Shown in pieces: positions 12,745 to 22,636 of a stretch of 64,000 nt of DNA (its first letter is position 1; each line of letters opens with the position of its first letter). A program made the position numbers and the translations under genes. The DNA is from Phycisphaerae bacterium (GTDB lineage: Bacteria; Planctomycetota; Phycisphaerae; SM23-33), in contig JBKHDI010000010.1 in the NCBI GenBank assembly GCA_046541415.1, positions 4,284 to 68,283 of the forward strand. Reading direction: 5' to 3'. The notes beneath the pieces are model-generated. The model did not search any database, was not told the DNA's origin, and was given only the letters and a program-made list of their open reading frames with translations.

Positions 12745-13934
12745 AAGCACTGCACGTTAACGAACTGACATTCGCGACCGTCTCGCCCGGCGACGGCCTG
12801 GCTGCCGCGGCCAAGATGAGCCGCTCGGACATCATCAACGCCATCCAGCAGTCCGGCCTGCGGGGACGCGGCGGGGCGGGCTTCCCGACCTCGGTCAAGT
12901 GGAACCTGGCCGCTGCGGCCAAGAACAACCCCAAGTACGTCGTCTGCAACGCCGATGAAGGCGAGCCGGGCACGTTCAAGGATCGCGTGATCCTCCACCA
13001 GTACGCCGAGCTGGTCTTCGACGGCATGGCCATCGGGGCCCGGGCCATCGGCGCCTCGACCGGCCTGTTGTATCTCCGCGGCGAGTACATGTACCTCCGG
13101 CGCGAACTGGAAGAGAAGCTCGAAGCGGCCCGGCAGGCCAACCGGCTCGGCCAGAACATCGCCGGCGTGGAAGGCTTCGATTTCGACATCGAGATCCGCA
13201 TGGGCTCCGGCGCGTACATCTGCGGCGAGGAAACGGCCCTGATCGAGTCGCTGGAAGGCTCGCGCGGCGAGGCCCGCAATCGCCCGCCCTTCCCGGTCGA
13301 TACCGGCTTTATGGGCAAGCCCACCATCGTCAACAACGTCGAGACGCTGGCCTGGGCGGCCTGCATCCTCGACAAGGGTCCGGACTGGTTCAAAGGTCTG
13401 GGTACCGAGAAGTCCACCGGCCTGAAGATCCTTTCGGTCTCCGGCGACGTCGAGAAACCCGGCGTTTACGAGTTCCCGATGGGCATCAGCGTCGCCGAGA
13501 TGCTCCAAGCCGTCGGGGCCCCCGACGCCAAGGCTGTCCAGATCGGCGGGGCCAGCGGGCAGATGATCCCCGCCAGCCAGTTCGATCGGGGCATCGCTTA
13601 TGAAGATGTCGCTACCGGCGGATCGGTCATTGTCTTCGGCCCCGACCGCGACATGCTGGAAGTGGCTGAGAACTTCATGGAATTCTTCGTCGACGAGTCT
13701 TGCGGCCAGTGCACGCCCTGTCGCAAGGGCAACGTGAAGATCCTGGAAGGCATTGAGATGCTCAAGGCCGGCCGCTGCTCGACCCGCTACCTCCGCGAGC
13801 TTTCTTCGCTGGGCGAGACGATGAAGGTCGCCAGCAAGTGTGGCCTGGGCCAGTCTTCCCCCAACGCCTTCCTCTCGATCGTGGAGAACTTCCGCAACGA
13901 ACTGATGGGTCGTACCGCCAAGGTCGGCTCGTAA
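12741..13934 (+). CDS. [FeFe]-hydrogenase beta subunit (NuoF-like, FMN/NADH binding), short form
   Basis: GLRGRGGAGFPT, NADEGEPGTFKDR, GAYICGEETAL, ESCGQCTPCR...SKCGLG. ATG overlaps the upstream stop (ATGA). Confidence 0.92.
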   Translation: MKALHVNELTFATVSPGDGLAAAAKMSRSDIINAIQQSGLRGRGGAGFPTSVKWNLAAAAKNNPKYVVCNADEGEPGTFKDRVILHQYAELVFDGMAIGARAIGASTGLLYLRGEYMYLRRELEEKLEAARQANRLGQNIAGVEGFDFDIEIRMGSGAYICGEETALIESLEGSRGEARNRPPFPVDTGFMGKPTIVNNVETLAWAACILDKGPDWFKGLGTEKSTGLKILSVSGDVEKPGVYEFPMGISVAEMLQAVGAPDAKAVQIGGASGQMIPASQFDRGIAYEDVATGGSVIVFGPDRDMLEVAENFMEFFVDESCGQCTPCRKGNVKILEGIEMLKAGRCSTRYLRELSSLGETMKVASKCGLGQSSPNAFLSIVENFRNELMGRTAKVGS

Positions 13935-13945
13935 AGGATACCGCC

Positions 13946-15880
13946 ATGACTACCGACAAATGCAACTGCCAAGGTCAACCCCGGGCGCCCAAGAGCCAGC
14001 GGACGGTACCGTCGAGCAAAGAGCCGACCAGCCCCGACGCCATCGGTGCCATGGTCACCGCCCGCATCGACGACCAGGAAATCAAGGTCCCGATGGGCAC
14101 GACCATCCTCGAAGCTGCCGCCAAGGTGGGCATCCGGATTCCCACCCTCTGCTACCACAAAGACCTCTGCGTCGCCGGCGTCTGCCGCGTCTGCGTCGTG
14201 GAAGTCCAGGGCCAGCGCAACCTCCAGGCTGCCTGCGCTTACCCGGTCAACAACTCGATCACCGTCCGGACGCACACCCCGGCCGTCCGCCGTGCGCGCC
14301 GCCACGTGCTCGACCTGCTGCTCAGCGAGCATTACGGCGAGTGCTACGCCTGCTTCCGCAACAACAACTGCGAACTGCAGGCCCTGGCCAAGGAATACGG
14401 CGTCGACCACTTCCGCTTCGGACACGTCCAGGAGCCCAAGTACGCCGTCGACCGCTCCAGCTACTCGGTCGTACGGGACATGAACAAGTGCATCCAGTGT
14501 CGTCGCTGCGTCCGCACCTGCATCGACCTGCAGGAAGTCGGCGTGCTGGAAGCCATCGGCCGATCGGACCACACCGAAATCGCCGCGTTCATGGAAAAGC
14601 CCCTCGGCGACGTGGTCTGCATCAACTGCGGCCAGTGCATCAACCGCTGTCCCACCGCGGCCCTTCGCGCCAACGACCCGACCGACGAGGTCTGGGCGGC
14701 GATCGACGATCCCGACAAGCACGTGGTCATCCAGACCGCTCCGGCGCCCCGGGCTGCCATCGGCGAGTGCTTCGGCCTTCAGCCCGGCACGCCGCTGACG
14801 TTCGAGATGAACACCGCCCTGCGACGCTGCGGATTCAACAAGGTCTTCGATACCAACTTCACCGCCGACCTGACAATCATCGAGGAAGGCACGGAGCTGC
14901 TGCTGCGGCTGTATAAGAACCTCGTCGAGGGCGACAGCACCCAGCCGGTTCCGCAGTTCACCAGCTGCTCGCCCGGGTGGGTCAAGTTCATCGAGCACTT
15001 CTACCCGGAGATGCTCCCACACGTCAGCTCGGCCAAGAGCCCGCAGCAGATGTTCGGCGCGATAATTAAGACCTACTACGCCAAGAAGTTCGACATCGAC
15101 CCGGCCGACATCGTCACCGTCGCCCTGATGCCCTGCTCGGCCAAGAAGTTCGAATGCAATCGCCCCGAGATGGCCGACAGCGGGTTCAAGGACGTCGATT
15201 ACGGCCTGACCACACGCGAGCTGGCCCAGATGATTTCCGAGGCGGGCATGCACCTGCCGGATCTGCCCAAGAGCGATTTCGACGACCCGTTCGGAACGGC
15301 CACCGGCTCGGGCGTGATCTTCGGCGCCACAGGCGGCGTGATGGAAGCTGCCCTGCGAACGGTCATCGAGTTGGTGCTGGGCATCAAGGTCGAGGACCTC
15401 TTCGAGCACGCCGACATCGTCCCGGTCCGCGGCATGGAAGGGATGCGGCTGGCGGAACTGCCGATCAAAGAGGTTGGGCCGGTCCCCGACATCCTCAAGC
15501 CCCTCGTGCCCAATTGGGACTGGCTGAAGGGTGCGACCCTCAAGGCCGGCGTCGCTCACGGAACCGCCAACGCCAAGCGCGTCCTGGAAGACATCAAGGC
15601 CGGCGGGCCCTGGTCAGAGTGTCATTTCATCGAGTTCATGGCCTGCCCGGGCGGTTGCCTCGGTGGCGGCGGGATGCCCATCCCCACCAGCCCCGAAATC
15701 CGCCAGGCCCGCGCCAATGCGATCTACGACGAAGACGCCGCCTACGAGATCCGCAAGTCGCACGAGAACCCGGCCGTGATGGAACTCTACGGCGAGTTCC
15801 TGACCGACGGACCCTGCGGCCACCTCAGCCACAAGCTGCTGCACACGCACTACACGCCGCGCGGCAAGTTCATCGGCTGA
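13946..15880 (+). CDS. [FeFe]-hydrogenase catalytic subunit, group A (HydA/HndD-like)
   Basis: H-cluster motifs TSCSPGW, MPCSAKKFE and EFMACPGGCLGGGG; N-terminal [2Fe-2S], His-ligated [4Fe-4S] (HYGECYAC...C) and 2x[4Fe-4S]; C-terminal LLHTHY. Confidence 0.96.
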   Translation: MTTDKCNCQGQPRAPKSQRTVPSSKEPTSPDAIGAMVTARIDDQEIKVPMGTTILEAAAKVGIRIPTLCYHKDLCVAGVCRVCVVEVQGQRNLQAACAYPVNNSITVRTHTPAVRRARRHVLDLLLSEHYGECYACFRNNNCELQALAKEYGVDHFRFGHVQEPKYAVDRSSYSVVRDMNKCIQCRRCVRTCIDLQEVGVLEAIGRSDHTEIAAFMEKPLGDVVCINCGQCINRCPTAALRANDPTDEVWAAIDDPDKHVVIQTAPAPRAAIGECFGLQPGTPLTFEMNTALRRCGFNKVFDTNFTADLTIIEEGTELLLRLYKNLVEGDSTQPVPQFTSCSPGWVKFIEHFYPEMLPHVSSAKSPQQMFGAIIKTYYAKKFDIDPADIVTVALMPCSAKKFECNRPEMADSGFKDVDYGLTTRELAQMISEAGMHLPDLPKSDFDDPFGTATGSGVIFGATGGVMEAALRTVIELVLGIKVEDLFEHADIVPVRGMEGMRLAELPIKEVGPVPDILKPLVPNWDWLKGATLKAGVAHGTANAKRVLEDIKAGGPWSECHFIEFMACPGGCLGGGGMPIPTSPEIRQARANAIYDEDAAYEIRKSHENPAVMELYGEFLTDGPCGHLSHKLLHTHYTPRGKFIG

Positions 15881-15904
15881 TTCCTGCCGATCTCGGCAAG
15901 CTCC

Positions 15905-15945
15905 AACCGCCCCGTTGCTTTCCGCAGCGGGGCGGCTTTTTTATT
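15905..15945 (+). terminator. Intrinsic terminator of the hydrogenase operon
   Basis: CCGCCCCGTTGC-loop-GCAGCGGGGCGG followed by CTTTTTTATT. Confidence 0.85.
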
Positions 15946-16140
15946 GGCCCCTTCCCCCGGCCAAGGCCCCGGCCAAGAGTGCTTGCATTTGGCCGCCGGC
16001 AAGGGACAATCTGCTCCATTGGCACACCGGCCGACGATGCGACGACAACGACGATTCGCCAAGGCGGCGAACCCGCGGAACATTGACACGTCCGGGCGGT
16101 TTCACCTGCTCGGGGCAACAACCCGTCAGGAACCGTCGTC

Positions 16141-17559
16141 ATGCGAAATGTTCTCAACTGCGTCATCCTCTCCAGCCTGCTTCTGTCGGCCCAGGTCCAG
16201 GCAGCCGGGCCCGAATCGCTCAGCCGTTCCCGGGCAATCGCCGAAACCAAGAAGCAACTCCAGGCCGAACTTGCCCGCCATGGGGGCAGCTGGGATGCCT
16301 GGGCCAAACAGCTGGCCCCCTTCCGCAAGGGCCTGGCTGAAAGCCTCACCGGCTCCTGGCCGTGGAAGGCGAAAAAGGACTTCGTATTCCTCGGCAAGTC
16401 CGTCCGCCTGCTGCAGATGGACGACTGGTCGGGCTTCGGCGAGTCGACAACGCCATTCGATGCGATCGTGCACCTGGACCGCCAGCTCAAAGCGCGCGAT
16501 ATCGACCTGATCTACGTTCTCGTGCCCGACAAGCTGAGCATCTACCCGGACTACCTGACCGACACCGCCCCCGAGGACCTGCAGGTCGCCCTGGCTGCCA
16601 AGCGCCTGCTGGCCCAACTCAGCGAGGCCGACGTGGAAGTCGTCGACCTCTACGCGCCCTTTCTCCAGCTGCGCAAACAGCTCGGCCAGGACAAGCCCCT
16701 CTACTACGACCGGGATTCGCACTGGCGTAACCGCGCCGCCGCCCACGCCGGCAAACTCATCGCACAACGCCTCGGCCGCTACGACTTCGTCCAGCCCGAG
16801 CAGGCCGACCGCTATACCACCAAGGTTCACCAGCGGACCGACGGCAAGAAGGCCGACACCGTCCAACTCGTCGTCGAGCGGAAGACCGGACAGCAATACC
16901 AGGACGCGGGCCAGTCGCCGATCCTGCTGACCAGCGACAGCTTCGGAATGTACAACATGCACCTCGGCGGACATCTGCCCGCCCACGTGGGCCTGCACAT
17001 CGGCCAGCCGGTCAGCTACCTCTGCAGCGAGGGCTTGAGCATGACCATGCCCGCCGAACTGGCCCGCCGGGCAGCCAAGGGCGACTACCTCCAGGGCAGG
17101 AAGGTCATCATCTGGACCCACGCCGGACGCTTCCTGACAATCGCCAAGTGGCAGAAGGTCGATCTGCCTGGTCAGCAGATCGCCACCGATGGCAAAGCCC
17201 CCTCCCTGTTCCAGGCAGATGCCACCGCCGTCGTCCAGGCCGTCTCTGAAAGACCGAGCAAAGACGCCGACTACCCGCACTTCGTGATGAAGCTGCTGGT
17301 CAAAGACGTCAAAGGCGCCGAAGGCAAGGAGATTGTCCCCGCCCAGGCCGTGCTGAGAATCCTGGCGATGCAGGATCGCAAGTTCACCGACGCCGCCACC
17401 ATCAAGCCCGGCCAGACGATCCGCGCGAAGCTGACGAGTTTCTCCGCCGTCGAGAAACAGTGGGGCAAGATCCAGACCGGTCAGCTGGAGGACCGCCAGG
17501 CCGAACTGGCAGCCCCGGAATACTGGGCCGAGCTGATCAAGATCGACTCGGCTGAATGA
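16141..17559 (+). CDS. Secreted AlgX/AlgJ-like SGNH polysaccharide O-acetyltransferase domain protein
   Basis: Signal peptide; VPDKLSIYPDYL, YYDRDSHW (DxH) and TSDSF (catalytic Ser block). Confidence 0.72.
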   Translation: MRNVLNCVILSSLLLSAQVQAAGPESLSRSRAIAETKKQLQAELARHGGSWDAWAKQLAPFRKGLAESLTGSWPWKAKKDFVFLGKSVRLLQMDDWSGFGESTTPFDAIVHLDRQLKARDIDLIYVLVPDKLSIYPDYLTDTAPEDLQVALAAKRLLAQLSEADVEVVDLYAPFLQLRKQLGQDKPLYYDRDSHWRNRAAAHAGKLIAQRLGRYDFVQPEQADRYTTKVHQRTDGKKADTVQLVVERKTGQQYQDAGQSPILLTSDSFGMYNMHLGGHLPAHVGLHIGQPVSYLCSEGLSMTMPAELARRAAKGDYLQGRKVIIWTHAGRFLTIAKWQKVDLPGQQIATDGKAPSLFQADATAVVQAVSERPSKDADYPHFVMKLLVKDVKGAEGKEIVPAQAVLRILAMQDRKFTDAATIKPGQTIRAKLTSFSAVEKQWGKIQTGQLEDRQAELAAPEYWAELIKIDSAE

Positions 17560-18834
17560 TCAGGTCCGCACGTGGCCGGCGCCGGTGACGACCCACTTGT
17601 AGGTCGTCAGGTCCTCTGCGCCCATCGGCCCGCGGGCGTGGAGGCGATCGGTGCTGATGCCGATCTCCGCGCCCAGGCCGTACTCCCCGCCGTCGCTGAA
17701 GCGCGTCGAGGCGTTGACCATCACGCTGGCCGAGTCGACCTGCGAGACGAACGCCTCGGCCGCGGCGATCCGCTCGGTGACGATCGCGTCGGTGTGGTGA
17801 CTGGAATACGTGTTGATGTGGTCGATCGCCGCTTCGAGATTGTCGACCACCTTGACAGCAAGGATCAGGTCGAGGTATTCCGCCGTCCAGTCTTCTTCGA
17901 TCGCCGGTTTGGTTTTGTCCGCCAGATCGCCGACTGCGGCGCGGGTCTTTTCGCAGACGCGGAGTTCCACGTCGGCGTCCAGCATGGCCCGGCAGATCCG
18001 CGGGGCGAACGTCCCGGCCACGGCTGCGTCGATCAGCAGCGTTTCCATTGCGTTGCAGACGGCCGGGTACTGGACCTTGGCGTTCATCGCGATCGACTCG
18101 GCCATGTCCAGGTCGGCCTGGTTGTGGACGTAGACGTGACAGATGCCGTCGTAGTGCTTGATGACCGGGATGGTGGCCGACTCGACCACCGCGCGGATCA
18201 GGCCCTCTCCGCCGCGGGGGATGATCACGTCGATAAGTCCCTCTGCCTGGGCCAGGGCGGGCACGATCGCCCGGTCGGTATCGTCGATGACGGTAATGGC
18301 TGCTTCGGGCAGGCTGGCGGCTTTCAGTCCTTCCTGCAGGACCGAGGCGATGGCCTGGTTGGAGTAGAACGCCTCCTTCCCCCCGCGGAGGATGCAGGCG
18401 TTACCGGCCTTCAAGCACAGCCCGCCGGCGTCGGAGGTAACGTTCGGGCGAGATTCAAAGATGATCCCCACCACCCCGATCGGCACGCGGCGTTTCTCGA
18501 CCCGCAGGCCGTTGGGTCGGTTGTAGGCGGCCACGGCCTGTCCGACCGGGTCGACCTGTGCGGCCATCTCTTCCAGGGCGGTCGCCATGGATTCGATCCG
18601 CTTGTCGGTAAGCCTGAGTCGCTTGACCATCGCGTCGGTCAGGCCGAACTCGTCACTGCGGGCGATGTCCTTCTCGTTGGCGGTCTGGAGCTGGTCCTTG
18701 CGGTCGCGGATGGCAGCGGCGCAGGCGGCCAGGGCGTCGTTTCGTTTCTGTGCCGGCAGGGCAGCCAGAGCTGCGGCGGCCTGGCGTGCGGCAGTGGCGA
18801 TCTTGCGGACGTACTGTTTCGGATCCATGGTCAT
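17560..18834 (-). CDS. proA: Gamma-glutamyl phosphate reductase
   Basis: VPIGVVGIIFESRPNVT, IPRGG, CNAMETLL, NASTRFSDG, GISTDRLHARGPMG. Start set at MTMDPK after GGAG. Confidence 0.96.
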   Translation of the reverse strand: MTMDPKQYVRKIATAARQAAAALAALPAQKRNDALAACAAAIRDRKDQLQTANEKDIARSDEFGLTDAMVKRLRLTDKRIESMATALEEMAAQVDPVGQAVAAYNRPNGLRVEKRRVPIGVVGIIFESRPNVTSDAGGLCLKAGNACILRGGKEAFYSNQAIASVLQEGLKAASLPEAAITVIDDTDRAIVPALAQAEGLIDVIIPRGGEGLIRAVVESATIPVIKHYDGICHVYVHNQADLDMAESIAMNAKVQYPAVCNAMETLLIDAAVAGTFAPRICRAMLDADVELRVCEKTRAAVGDLADKTKPAIEEDWTAEYLDLILAVKVVDNLEAAIDHINTYSSHHTDAIVTERIAAAEAFVSQVDSASVMVNASTRFSDGGEYGLGAEIGISTDRLHARGPMGAEDLTTYKWVVTGAGHVRT

Positions 18835-18908
18835 GCTCCGTGAGTCGGTGTTGCTGGACGGAGCATTGTAGCCGAAACGGACTTTCAGGGGAAGTCGCCC
18901 TGCCAGGA

Positions 18909-19991
18909 TCAGCCCCCCGTCGGGCTGCTGAGGCGGACGAGGCGGAAATCGACGGTGATTTTCTGACCCGGTTCGAGTTCGACGGCCAGGTCGTCGTCGA
19001 ATTTGTACTGCACTTCGCGGCTGAGGTAGCTCTCGACGGCCACGCGGTCCTTGTCTCCCAGGACGATGTAGGCGTTCATCTTCTCGGACTGGTTGGCTTC
19101 GAGGTTGTCCAGGGCAGCCTTGGTACCGACCACGCGGACCGGTGGTCTCCAGTCGCTGGTGGGGCTGCGCTCGAGGCGGTACTTCTCCCACGTCTCGCCG
19201 GCCTCGTACCACTGCGGCGGGGACTGGACCTGCACGGTGACGCGCAGTTCGCGGACCTCGCGGTTGGACTCCAGCTCGAGGGTCACCTGGACCTGCTCCG
19301 GATCGGTCCGGACGGGGATCGTATCGACGAATTGTCGCAGGTTCAGCCGCCGGGAGATCTCCTTGCCCGCCTGGAGGTTGCCCAGGTCGATCTGCTCGAG
19401 TTGGATAACCTGTCGCTGGGGATCGATTTTTTCGATCTCTTCCCAGACGCTTTGCGGTGCGCGGACGCTGACGCGGGCCGGGTCGATCTCCACCCGGGCC
19501 AACTCGCCCTTGGTGTCGACAAACTCCACGGGCAACTCGCGCGAGACGAACTCGTCGACATCGAAGACCAGCTCGCGCGGCTCGACCGATACGACGGTGA
19601 TCCCCTCTCGCTGGAGGTTCTCGACCTCGTTGAGAATGTCCACAACGGGTACACTGTGTCGGCCTTGTCCGTGTTTCTCCGAGACGTCATAGCGGATGAC
19701 CGAGCCTTTGTCCCGCAGCTCGCGGCGGAAGGTCTCCAGCTTGCTGCGGCTGCCGCTGATGGTGAAGCTGACCTGCGTTTCGGTCCCGCTCATCAGGGTC
19801 AGATGACGGCTTGAGCCGGTATGCACCTGGATCCGCGGCTGGAGCTCCATCTTGTCGGTAAACTCGATATCGGCGTAGACCCAGACCAGGATCGTCACCA
19901 CCGCCACCCAGAACAGGGTGCGAAGGTTCTGCGTCCACCACGGGCGGGTGAAACGCTTGTAGTTCTGGTTGTAGAGTTTCTGCTTGCTCAT
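18909..19991 (-). CDS. CdaR/YbbR-like regulator of diadenylate cyclase
   Basis: N-terminal TM (VAVVTILVWVYA), repeated P-x-x-V-x-V beta modules, overlaps the cdaA stop codon. Confidence 0.65.
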   Translation of the reverse strand: MSKQKLYNQNYKRFTRPWWTQNLRTLFWVAVVTILVWVYADIEFTDKMELQPRIQVHTGSSRHLTLMSGTETQVSFTISGSRSKLETFRRELRDKGSVIRYDVSEKHGQGRHSVPVVDILNEVENLQREGITVVSVEPRELVFDVDEFVSRELPVEFVDTKGELARVEIDPARVSVRAPQSVWEEIEKIDPQRQVIQLEQIDLGNLQAGKEISRRLNLRQFVDTIPVRTDPEQVQVTLELESNREVRELRVTVQVQSPPQWYEAGETWEKYRLERSPTSDWRPPVRVVGTKAALDNLEANQSEKMNAYIVLGDKDRVAVESYLSREVQYKFDDDLAVELEPGQKITVDFRLVRLSSPTGG

Positions 19992-20887
19992 TCGCTCTCG
20001 GTATCCGGCTGGCTGGACAGGCCCATTTCCTCATCCAGCCCCATCTCGTCCTCGCTGCCGTTGGATCGCTTGCCCCGTCCGATCAGGTGCTGCGGCGAGA
20101 GCAGCGACTGGAGCATCCCCCCCAAAGATTCGGGGTCCAGGCCGATGTGCAACTGGCCTTCATAGGCCAGGCTCACCCGGCCGGTCTCTTCGGAGACCAC
20201 CAGGATCACCGCATCGGTCTCCTGGGCCAAGCCCAGCGCCGCCCGGTGTCGTGAGCCCAGCGAGGGGTCGACCTCGTCGGACTCAGCCAGGGGGAACTGA
20301 CAGCCCGCCGCGGTCAGGCGCCCCTCCCGAACGATCACGCCCATGTCGTGCAGGGCCGTGCCGGGATAGAAGATCGTGTTCAACAGCGCCGGGTGCAGCC
20401 GCGCATCCAGGGCCGTGCCCGTCTCGATCAACCCGCCGAGACCCACCGCCCGCTCAATCGCCAGCAAGGCGCCGATCTTGTTGCGGGACAGGTATCCGGC
20501 CGAGTCGACCAGGGCATCGACGACGGTGTCGATCTGCCCGCTCCTGCCGCGAAAGAGGCGGGCCTGTCCGATCTGGATCAGCGCCCTTCGCAGTTCGGGC
20601 TGGAATGCGACGACCACGGCCACGAAGGCAAAGAGCAGGAAGTTTCGGTAGAGAAATTCGATCCGCTCCCAGCCGAGGTCCTTGGGCAGCAGGCGGATGA
20701 CGACGTAGACGGTGACCAGCAGCACGGCCACGCCCTTGACCAGGCGGGCCCCGCGCGTGCCTCGCAGGAAGCGCATGACGGTCCAGACGACGATCCCGAT
20801 CAGCAGCATCTCCAGGGCGACAACGAAGATGTTGTAGCCCATCACGCGGGAGAAGTAGATCTGGATGGCTTGGATGATTTCCGGCAC
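19988..20887 (-). CDS. cdaA: Diadenylate cyclase CdaA
   Basis: Three N-terminal TMs, FQPELRRAL, IGALLAIER, LHDMGV (DGA block variant), LGSRHRAA, VSEETG. Confidence 0.9.
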   Translation of the reverse strand: MPEIIQAIQIYFSRVMGYNIFVVALEMLLIGIVVWTVMRFLRGTRGARLVKGVAVLLVTVYVVIRLLPKDLGWERIEFLYRNFLLFAFVAVVVAFQPELRRALIQIGQARLFRGRSGQIDTVVDALVDSAGYLSRNKIGALLAIERAVGLGGLIETGTALDARLHPALLNTIFYPGTALHDMGVIVREGRLTAAGCQFPLAESDEVDPSLGSRHRAALGLAQETDAVILVVSEETGRVSLAYEGQLHIGLDPESLGGMLQSLLSPQHLIGRGKRSNGSEDEMGLDEEMGLSSQPDTESE

Positions 20888-20990
20888 GTGCGGCTTTCGT
20901 TATGGTTGATTCGGTTTTGCGCGGCGCGCAGCAGGTCTTATCTACATCATCGTCTCAAGGGGTTGTCGCTCTGCAATCCCTTATGGTTTT

Positions 20991-21836
20991 TCAGCTTCCA
21001 GCTGCGGCGATCGCATCGGCGACGGTAAGTGCCTGGCGGGCAGCGGCCACGTCGTGGACACGGAAGATCGTTGCCCCGGCGGCGCGGGCAGCGAGGCAGG
21101 CGGCGATGGTCCCACCGAGGCGGTCCTGCGGCTGGGCCTGGCCGGTGAGTTCGGAGATAAACCGCTTGCGCGAAGGTCCGATCAGCACAGGATGGCCCGT
21201 TCGGACCAGCCTGGCCACCCCGGCCAGCAGGGCCAGGTTGTGCTCCAGCCGCTTGCCGAAGCCGATTCCCGGGTCCAGGATCACTCGCCCGGCCGGGATG
21301 CCCGCCTCGACCGCCCTGGCGGCAGCTTCGATCAGGAAGCTGCACACCTCTTCGACGACGTCGCCGGCGTAGGTCGGGTTGTCCTGCATGTTCGCCGGCT
21401 GCCCGAGCATGTGCATCAGGCAGATTGCCGCGCCGCGCCGGGCAGCCAGGGCGAGCATCTCCGGGTCGTCGCGCCCGGCACTGATGTCGTTGCAGATCAC
21501 CGCGCCGCGATCGAGGGCCCACTGGGCCACTTCGCTTCGGGTGGTGTCGATGCTCACCACCGCGCCGGTCTGGACGACAGCCTGCAGGATCCCGTCCAGC
21601 CGCGCAATCTGGTCGCGGGGATCGACCCGTCCGGCGCCCGGGCGGGTCGATTCGGCGCCGATGTCGATGATCTCGGCGCCCTGTGCTGCCATACACTTAG
21701 CACGCTCGGCGGCGGCGTGTGGTTCGAGGAACTTCCCGCCGTCGGAGAAACTGTCCGGTGTTACGTTCAGCACGCCCATCACCCGGGCCGCCGCGCCCGG
21801 GCCGGTCTGCAGCAGCGCGTCGAGACCACCGGCCAA
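20991..21836 (-). CDS. folP: Dihydropteroate synthase
   Basis: MGVLNVTPDSFSDGG, DIGAESTRPG, LDPGIGFGK, SRKRF, RVHDV. Confidence 0.96.
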   Translation of the reverse strand: MAGGLDALLQTGPGAAARVMGVLNVTPDSFSDGGKFLEPHAAAERAKCMAAQGAEIIDIGAESTRPGAGRVDPRDQIARLDGILQAVVQTGAVVSIDTTRSEVAQWALDRGAVICNDISAGRDDPEMLALAARRGAAICLMHMLGQPANMQDNPTYAGDVVEEVCSFLIEAAARAVEAGIPAGRVILDPGIGFGKRLEHNLALLAGVARLVRTGHPVLIGPSRKRFISELTGQAQPQDRLGGTIAACLAARAAGATIFRVHDVAAARQALTVADAIAAAGS

Positions 21837-21839
21837 GGT

Positions 21840-22550
21840 TCAGTCCCCCTCGGGCTGATAGATCGTCGGATCGTCCACGCCGGTAGCGACGAACCCCGCC
21901 CGTCGCAGTCGGCAGGAGTCGCAGTGCCCGCAGGCCCGTCCCCTGCTGTCGGGGTCGTAGCAGCTGTGGGTCATCGCGTAATCGACGCCCAGTTCCGCCC
22001 CTGTCCGGATGATCTGGGCCTTGGTCAACTCGATCAAGGGCGCGTGGATCGACAGCTTCCGGCCCTTCTCGGTCGCCGCGGCCGTCGCCAGGTTGGCCAT
22101 GGCCTCAAACGCCCGGATGAACTCTGGCCTGCAGTCCGGGTAACCACTGTAGTCCACCGCGTTTACGCCGACAAATATGTCGCATGCGCCGATGACCTCC
22201 GCATAGCCCAGGCCGATCGAGAGGAAGATGGTGTTCCGGGCAGGGACGTAGGTCGAGGGGATCGAATCGTCCTCGGGTCGGTCCTTGGGCACGTCGATGC
22301 GGTCGGTCAGGGCGGAGTGCCCGAACCCGCCGTCGGCGCTGAGGTCGATGTTCACCACGCGGTGCTCGACGACATCCCATGCCCCTGCGACCTGGCGGGC
22401 AGCCTGGAGTTCGAAGCGGTGGCGCTGGCCGTAATCGAAGCTCAGACCATGGCAGGCAAAGCCCCGGCTGCGGGCGATGGCCAGGGTGGTCGCCGAGTCC
22501 AGTCCCCCCGAAAGCAGGACGACAGCCGATTTTGCCGGTTCGCTGTTCAT
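21840..22550 (-). CDS. queC: 7-cyano-7-deazaguanine synthase
   Basis: [31 protein letters not shown]...CGHCDSC. Confidence 0.96.
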   Translation of the reverse strand: MNSEPAKSAVVLLSGGLDSATTLAIARSRGFACHGLSFDYGQRHRFELQAARQVAGAWDVVEHRVVNIDLSADGGFGHSALTDRIDVPKDRPEDDSIPSTYVPARNTIFLSIGLGYAEVIGACDIFVGVNAVDYSGYPDCRPEFIRAFEAMANLATAAATEKGRKLSIHAPLIELTKAQIIRTGAELGVDYAMTHSCYDPDSRGRACGHCDSCRLRRAGFVATGVDDPTIYQPEGD

Positions 22551-22636
22551 GACTTCAGACTACAAATCTTCCCCCGGCAAGGCAAATGCGGTACAATGAC
22601 AATGCACGATTTTCACCTTATCCACTGAAACGAAGC

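Noticed and set aside
15955-15977. CCCCGGCCAAG direct repeat, two copies
   Set aside because: Only two short GC-rich copies with no associated feature.
22618-22626. TTATCCACT near-DnaA box upstream of queF
   Set aside because: A single one-mismatch copy is expected by chance.
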